A DNA stretch of 64,000 nt. Source: Botryllus schlosseri (lineage: Eukaryota). The notes beneath the pieces were generated by a model. The model did no database searches and was not told where the DNA came from. It saw only the letters and a list, made by a program, of their open reading frames with translations. This document shows positions 56,248 to 64,000 of the stretch, in pieces. Position 1 is the first letter of the stretch, and the number at the start of each line of letters is the position of its first letter. The position numbers and the translations under genes are program-made. The stretch is taken from contig CM119371.1 in NCBI GenBank assembly GCA_051294905.1, positions 25,608,001 to 25,672,000 on the forward strand. Reading direction: 5' to 3'.

Positions 56248-58924
56248 AATTGTAAGGATAGGCTACCAGCTTAAACATTTGTTTTCATTGACACGATCTG
56301 AGGGAAATCATTATCAATACACAATACATTTCCTCCAAGACAATTGAGAATAAAAATAGTGAAGAAAGGTAAAGTATTTTAGTCATTGTCATAATCTTTC
56401 GATTTTCAGAGACGCTTTAAGAATTATGTGGTAAAAGTTTCCGATAAAATGTAGTACTTATTACCCGATCAAACATTGTCGAACTAGAATCATTCTTATG
56501 GTTACGCTTTCATACCTCCACAGCACTATTATGTGAACGGTTTTAGCAAACTGTAGGCCCACGGCGCGGAAATGTCTACTATTTCAGACTACTCTATCAC
56601 TTTTCAAGAAATATATTGATCTTCCTAGCGGATCTGCTTCGATAGCAAACATACGTTGATATTAGATCCGAACGTAGCCTGTTAAACATTACTACAGAAC
56701 CATGTGTTTGTTTAGTATACGTGTAGCGGAAAATGATTCACTGATGTGATATATGGGACCGCTATCCCTATAATAAGATTTCACTATCCTTGGTATGCAA
56801 ACATTTCGCTAATCATCACGTACGTGGTGCAAAAGAACTGATCGGTCATAAGCACCACTATCCAAATAATAATATTATTAATAAGGGAAATTAAACAGGA
56901 AACTACAGGAAATTTGAGAGACCTTTAAAATAGAAATCAATGGCTTGACACAGCACATCTACAACAGCGATAATGTCTACCGCAAACACATTGCAGAGGA
57001 AGACGCTGAGCGATAAACTAAATATCCATACATTTGAGAGTTAAAAAATATTTGCGTTTGCATATGCGTTTTATTTTGCATTTGCGTCAAAGGCAGCTGT
57101 CATGCTATGAAAAGTCAATTTGAATCTGAGTTATATTCGGAAATTTGAAAAGTTGTATTTGTATAGCCATTAGTTGTGTAGCACGATTTTCTCGGACCCC
57201 ACGTGTCGTGTCACCACGGATTTAGCGAAATTGCGTTGTTGTTAAGAACCCCTTTGCTTATACATTTCAGTAACCTGTCAATGTCTTCAACTTTTACCTA
57301 ACTCTCGCTCTCTGATTCCGCGTACAGCACGCGATGGTTTATTTAGCCGCCGTTGAATCGCATAGTGCTGTCTGAGGTAACACTCCACGAAGAGTGGCGG
57401 TCTCGATACTTTCACAAACTCCACGAGCTAAGGGGAAATAGTCATCTTCGCTTTCATGTGACGTGATGTAACAGGTGGGCTTCTCGACAAATGTTGAGAT
57501 AATGTTGACGCTTGTGCTCTATTATAACGAATTCCTTCGCCTTTTCATCCCACTCACTGTTTTAATACACGACAAGCAAGGAATCAATTTGTGATCTTCT
57601 AGTTCTCTGTCATAATCCTGTAAATTATATAGAAATATATTATACCAATCTTCAGTATGTTTTGGCTATTTACTTAATTGACTTCCCGCAAACTTTGGAA
57701 ACTATCAATATTTATAACTGTTTCGCCTGGTATTGTTTGCTCATCAATTTCGATATTGTGCGCGAGTTTCCTGTGACAGGAAAGTATTCTACATCAATCT
57801 TTTGCAATGCATTCGGACCTTTCATTTCATAGTGGCATTATCTGATATAGGCTAGTGACAAATTGATTCTTTACTCCCGCAGTCAGCCTCCAACTTCTAA
57901 TCCTATATTTAGTTCAGCGTTATATGCTTGTATATCGATTCTCCATCAATTATTTCCGCATATTCGCTTTTGCTGCCAAGGCCGGATTACTTGAATTCAA
58001 TGTTTTATTCCTGACGATATGGCCAGTTGTTTCCGCTTTCGCTCTGTCGAATACTTGTGAGGTATGTGATCTCGCCACGATGGTATGTAATCGTCTCTGA
58101 TCATCAGTATTTCGTCTTTGGGTGATTTTGCAATATAGTTAACCATTTACCTTAGTGTCCATCAATGGTGTTGACATAACCACATCGGCCCATTGCGTTC
58201 AAGTAGAGCTGCTCACCTTTCCTTGAGCTACAGCACCATTATTCCCAACGCCAAACTTTGTCCCAGCGCAAAATTCGATACTGATTTCGGGGGTTCCGAG
58301 ACCATGAGCAGACTAAAATCCACATTTTCGTCATCGGTATTACAGTAGCTTTCGATTTACATCGGTCACATTTGCCGTGACACATTAATCATGCACTATT
58401 AGCCCAAATGGTGTGTATTCACACCCAACGGACCGAAAAGGGTGATGCACGAAAATAGAATCCTGCTGAGAATTACATCATGGTCCTAAATACTTCGCTC
58501 CTACGTGCATTCGTAATTTTGATTGAAGGTTGTACTGGATTTATACCGCGGTATAAGTATACTGTATATTCTAGTTTCGTGAGAAATGAGTGTATGATCA
58601 TACCCATATATCAGGGGTGGTACACAGGTATAAATATACCCCCTTATGTTATTAGTGTGGCTTCATTACTGTCTCTGCCAACGGATCGCCGAATAATATG
58701 TCAGTCCAACGGCAGACATATTTCAAAATTATAAAAACGGCTGAATATTATTTCACTACATCGGATTGTGGTTATGTGAGCACGAAGAACCGATGATATC
58801 ACACGAAGTCACAATGCTAATTCCACGTAAATCTGCGTACATATGTACAGATTGTACACATATGTTTAAACATATCCGTGAATTGCCTTATAATAGATAA
58901 CAATTGAACAGTATATTCATATTG

Positions 58925-59690
58925 AAATGAACCCGAATATTTTCGGCTGACACTCGTCAGGGGTAATCGTCAGTAACTAGTAGAGAATTGGAAAGAACAT
59001 TGTATATCAACAATCGTATCACAAAATATGACGTCACCAGCATGAAATTTCGTGAATGAGTGAGCGTTCAATGTACTATTTTTAGGTGGTACACGAACTC
59101 CTTTTGTTGACAGATTTTTGGTTGGTGTATTTTGATAAAAGTCGACTCCAAGGCACACAAATGGAATTGTGAACGGCCTCGCCCAACGATTCGAAATCGG
59201 TCGTCTCGATAATTATTCACGCACATCGTTTTATCTAACAGATGTTCGCCGATGGCAGATGGCCTTTGATCGATCAGCATAAATCTTAAGCGGATGAGTT
59301 AAGGGTGAGCTTTTCACTGAGCGTGATGCACATGTTCTGATGAATCTGGGGACATGTTGGTTTATGCGTCCCTTCAGACGTTTTGACGTTCTTCCTACGT
59401 AGCCACAATCACAATGGCACTTATATTCGTACACTACATTACTTTGTTGAAGTGCAGGGAGAGCGTCTTTGCGTGTTGAAGGGAGCAGTTGTGTTGTTCT
59501 AAAAATCACATTGGTTTTGACTGTGTCGTAACGCTTACTGACCGCAGAAATCAATTGTTTTTCAAAGCGGGTGGAGATGGGGCCAATTCAAGGTAGATGG
59601 ATATAAACATCTTTTACTGTTCGTTCGGTGGGCTCTGTTGGTTTTTCAGCGTTGAATTGCGCTAATTTCCTCTCCATACCGCGGCTGATA
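58925..59690 (-). mobile_element. Penelope-like element 3' fragment (GIY-YIG endonuclease), frameshifted
   Basis: NVVYEYKCHCDCGYVGRTSKRLKGRINQH and SAIGEHLL...LESTFIKIHQPKIC in ORFs 59231..59554 and 59068..59280. Confidence 0.88.
58931..58964 (-). ncRNA. Minimal type I hammerhead ribozyme motif
   Basis: Minus strand ACCC-CUGACGA-GUGUCAGCC-GAAA-AUAU-UC-GGGU: conserved core, 4-bp stem I, palindromic AAUAUU stem III, just downstream of the Penelope ORF. Confidence 0.7.
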
Positions 59691-59694
59691 TGCG

Positions 59695-60420
59695 GAAACT
59701 AGAAATCGCCAAGTTTATGTATCAGTTCCACTGCGGCCGTTGCCCCGAATATTTCAATGGCTTCTTTACCTCGGTATCAAAAGCGCACAAGTACAACACA
59801 CGCGCGTCCACGTCGTCCAAATATCATATGATCGACTGAAAAGATCATCGCTCTATCAAATATGTCGGACCTGATGTGTGGAACCAGTGGTGGCTTTTGG
59901 GGTGGGCGAGGTGGGCGGTCGCCCGGGGCCCCCCTGGTCGAAGGGGCCCCCCCCTCTTCGGATTATGCGCTTTTTTAAGGATAATAACGAATAAACATGG
60001 AAATCCGTGTACCAAGCAAGAATATGATACCGTACGGATGTGTCAATCATCATCAAATCTCTGCATTTGTTAGAAAAGTCCCATATCCCGATGATGAACA
60101 CGTCTCTGCATGCGGTAGAATTACTTAGTCTTGGTGTAGTCTATCCTCAGACACGTGCAACAATATACATAGCCGAATCCAGCACCTGGCCAAACCTTAC
60201 CGCGGGAAAGGGGGGTCTGGGGGGCGGAGCCCCCCAGAAGTTACGGTTACATACTTATAGGGGGCCCCCGGTAAGTCTCGCCCGGGGCCCCCCCGTTCGT
60301 AAGGCCACCACTGTGTGGAACAGTATCCCGCCGGCCATCCGACAGTCGACGAGCATGTCCACATTCAAGTCGAAATACAAGCAATTACTACTAAATAAAT
60401 ACAGTCCATCCTCAAGATTA
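59695..60420 (+). mobile_element. CR1/L2-group LINE 3' fragment split by a MITE
   Basis: KLEIAKFMYQF...HKYNTR and KYVGPDVWNSIPPAIRQSTSMSTFKSKYKQLLL after removing 59885-60313. Confidence 0.7.
59885..60313. mobile_element. hAT MITE
   Basis: TIR CAGTGGTGGC...GCCACCACTG; exact TSD TGTGGAAC; GGGGCCCC subterminal motifs. Confidence 0.9.
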
Positions 60421-60482
60421 CCGGACCACGACTGACCTATCGATCTCGCTTCCCATGACATGCCGCCCTTTTATTGTCGCTT

Positions 60483-63400
60483 CCCAGCAAACACATAATT
60501 GCCTACGGCTATCCAAGCAGTGTCCGAGTGTCCCAGTGTCCGGTTGGACAGACGTGGGCTAATACTTGGCTATCCACGTTGAAAAATGTCCAGTTCGGAT
60601 ATCCTAGGACATACATACAGAAAATCATTTCGGATAGTCCACTAAAAGTCCCAATTCAATTTTCAACGGATATCATAATCTGACAGTGTGCGGATATTTC
60701 CATGTTGTATCAGCTAAAAAGTCAACCACTCAAGTTCTTGCTGATAAGGGCACATATTTCATCCTTTCAAGATATTTCAAGAGTACAGTTCGAAAGAAAA
60801 TCGCACATTTACACACCGATATTCGGGATAGTCCACTGAAAGTGCGAATCAGAATTCCAATGGATATCATATTCGGACAGTGTGAGGATAGCTCCATTTT
60901 GTTTCAGCTATAAAGTCAACCTCTCATTAACTCCCGACGCTGATATGCACAAATTGCACACATTTCAGTATTTCAAAATATTTCAATAGAATTTGAAGGA
61001 AAATCGTCACTGGACCTGATTCTTCATAGCGACGTCACGTAACCGGATTATGCATGCTGGCATTGAACGGTCAATATTCACTGTCGGGCCTACATTTCAA
61101 TCTTTTAAACTTTGCCATTTCTGCGCCCTTTTAGCTGTCGTGTTACTGTATGTTCCTGCGGTGAACATTCGCAATTCCGAAAGATGTTACGAACTTTTCG
61201 CGTGCGTCATGCCGTGAGATGTTTAGCGTTTTTCACTTGAATGCGTTCAATGGGTCGGCAGAAATGGCGACTGCGCACAGTGAATCTGACTTGATCGCCA
61301 TATAATTTACAGGGATTATATGCTGGTATATTGAATAGTTAATGGTACAGCCTCTTTCGTACTTTTCTTTCGAGCATGTAATAAACTTTACAATTTTACA
61401 ATTACAATTTTTGTATCTCATAATGTTTTACCGATGTTATATAGCTAAGTGATGTTACCCCGCCGAATACCACTCAACGATTGACGAGCTTTCCTCGTGC
61501 GTCGCGCCATGCGTGAAGTGAATGAGATCATTAGCCTTTTTCATCGATATGCGCAGTGGCACATTGCGCAGCGAGCCCAGTTCACGTGATTCAAATTTTC
61601 GTCTGGGAAGTTTAAACCGTGATTCTGTGAAGTGAATTGTTGTCAGCGGCGAGAAGCATTTTCGACATTTGCTGTGTGCCACTTAGCTCGGTGATTACTT
61701 AACCATAACCACTGGTTGTAGCAGTGTAGTCAGTCAATGATAATGATACGGTTATAGTCAGAAGTGGCGTATGTGCACAACGAAAATGCGCTTGGTTTAT
61801 ATATCCCTATAGTATTAAAGAGCTATGACGGATGTTCGGTAGGTAGGTTTAGAGTTGATACTGTTATAGTACGTCCTTTTATTGTAATCAAACCTGATTT
61901 CCTGATCAACATAAGGTAAGAGTTACTGTTTTGTGATTTATGACTGGAAATGGATTGGAAGGTAACATTTGACTGACCGCAAGCTATCAGAATTTTTGAA
62001 TTAGACCCGTAACCCAAATTGAGTGATAGACATCCATACTCAAGAGTCGTGATTGCTGGTATTTCAATCATGATATTAATGCTTGGCTTCCAAATTGTAT
62101 TATTGAAGTACCGATATTCAATTCTACCCAGCGCTACGGTTTGAGTATTGCAATACTAACTTGGATAGCTCGGCATCGGATGCGGGGAAAAGACGACGGA
62201 TACGAAGATCTACCAAATATGATTCCGATTCAAGGTCTGATTCGGGTGGTCACGAGAAGATTCAAAGAAAACGCACATGTTCCACTGATACCAGTTTACC
62301 AGTGATACTGATCTTGCTGAAGCTCGGGCGAAACAGTTCGAAAAGAAATCTCAGCATCTTGAAGAAAAGTGAAGGAAGAAATCTGCCAGTAATGTCATGA
62401 TTTTGCGGACAGTGCATCACCAATTTAGTGAATTTACCAAATGCAGGTTAGAGCTTAATTCCTCCATGTGGTATCAAAACAGCAAGAAATCTGCAGTTAT
62501 GACCGTTTGATTTGTAAAAAAAATTATTCAACTCTTATATATAGTCTAGAAAGCTGAGCTGGGTATACCGTATGTAAGTTATGAATTATTTGAAATTTTT
62601 TATGCTCAGCTCATGCAATGATGACTGTAGAAACTTCCAATTTGATAACTCAGCGTTGATGTTAGAGCTGGCGACCAGAATGGACAATTTAATTAGACGG
62701 GTCTATATCGAAAGCTACTTTCGCACTGACTCCGAAAAGAGAAATTAAAATCTGGTCCGGGCACTGGAACGCGCCGGAAATCGCCCTCGAAGGGCTAAGT
62801 CGGTATTGTTTCTATCAATGGTAACGTCGGTAGACAATGACCGTTCAATGTATCGTACTGATTGTGACATCATTGGGCGCCTTGGCGAAGTCGCTTGCCG
62901 TATTCCCCGTGATTCTCAGAGTATAGCGCGTCGTATCAATGGCTGTAGCGCAAATAAGTCGTAATGTGAATAGTTTGTGTATTTTATGCGTCGTCGCGCA
63001 TTCAAAAATTTGGATAAGTATAAATTATAGCACAAAAGCCTAAACAATCTAAACATATATTGTAGAATTTACTATCAACGCGTATTTCTTGGTACGCAAC
63101 AGGCCGATCTACAAAACAGTTTGTTCCATTCGGCACAGCGGTTCTTGAATTTCATTGTAATATATATTCAGCACGACTTCGCCAAGGCGTTCAATGATGT
63201 CACAATCAGTTCTACACATTTGATTTGTCATTGTCTACTGCCGCTACCTTTGTTAGAAACAATGCAGATTTTAAAAGCAATTTTCAGGGCGTTTTAGTGC
63301 CCGTACCAGATTTTAATTTATATTTTCTGAATCAGTGCGAAAGTAGCTTTTTATTGAGACCTGTTTTATTAAATTTTGCGCTCTCTGTTCGCCAGCTATA

Positions 63401-64000
63401 AAATTACCATTATTTGACTGCGTTTAATCAACCCATGCCCGTTATTGCGTGTTTGAGTTGCCACTGACTGTTATTTATCTGTTCAGATACGTTGTCTCAG
63501 CAAGTAGCCCTTCCTAGAGAGAGTCGTCTAGGTTCATTCTGCTGGGAATTTCCTACTGGAAATGGTGAGTATATGGTATATTTAATTGATTAGCGCTGAG
63601 TTTCCCAATAGAGTGGCAACTGATAAAGTTGGGCAGAACTGGGAAGAAAGCTCTGTGTGCACTAAGTTTATACAATATATTATATATCGTAGGTTGAACT
63701 AGTTGTCGTCTCTATAAATTGTTTATTATAATCTTCCTGTTTAGGTGCTTGTTGCAATATTCCTACGACTGTTCCGGAAAAGGACTACGAGATTGAAGTC
63801 AGATCGGTGTTGCGCCATGCACCATCCAAAAACAGAAATCAGCAATACGAGGTAGATGCAATATTGATTGTCTAAATATATTGCGAAGAGGGGATAATGG
63901 TTATATTGCATAACCATCTCATAGGCGCCGACTTCTATTTCTACATAGGGTGATCAGATGAAACAAGGGAGGGGTTTGAAATTTCTTCAAATTTACCAAG
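60483..64000 (+). mobile_element. Probable CMC/EnSpm-like transposon relic with spliced accessory gene remnants; right end not seen
   Basis: Starts CCCAGCAAACACA, duplicated CGGATAGTCCACT subterminal blocks; remnants TNLDSSASDAGKRRRIRR and two phase-1 exons ending EIEVRSVLRHAP (DUF4806/BEN-like tail). Confidence 0.45.
62666..63397. mobile_element. Long-TIR foldback MITE (Kolobok-like)
   Basis: Over 200 bp imperfect inverted arms (AGCTGGCGA...AAAGCTACTTTCGCACTGA / TCAGTGCGAAAGTAGCTTT...TCGCCAGCT); flanks TTAG and ATAA resemble decayed TTAA. Confidence 0.75.

Noticed and set aside
57240..58200. Coding-like minus-strand stretch
   Set aside because: Stops in all frames and no motif I can assign; left unannotated.

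Overview
Animal (eukaryotic) genomic DNA, transposon-rich and intron-rich; the overall style suggests an ascidian/tunicate-like invertebrate (inference only). The main host gene is a minus-strand, multi-exon NLR-type receptor (NACHT + degenerate LRR-like exons) spanning about 24.4-52.0 kb. Its short N-terminus has no CARD/PYD/DEATH fold but carries a one-exon, two-copy 17-aa pseudo-repeat resembling amyloid signalling motifs of fungal/bacterial NLRs and RHIMs, the most interesting signal here. Intron 2 holds a full-length I-group LINE (12-bp TSD) interrupted by a CACT-ended DNA transposon that itself contains a hAT MITE. Also present: a signal-peptide + LDLa gene fragment, nested I-group/RTE LINE fragments, an RLE-type non-LTR fragment, a Penelope-like fragment with a minimal hammerhead ribozyme, hAT transposase relics, many TSD-flanked MITEs, tRNA-like SINEs and a CMC-like relic at the right edge. 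No CRISPR, rRNA or bona fide tRNA seen. All exon models were read by eye and are unverified by transcripts.
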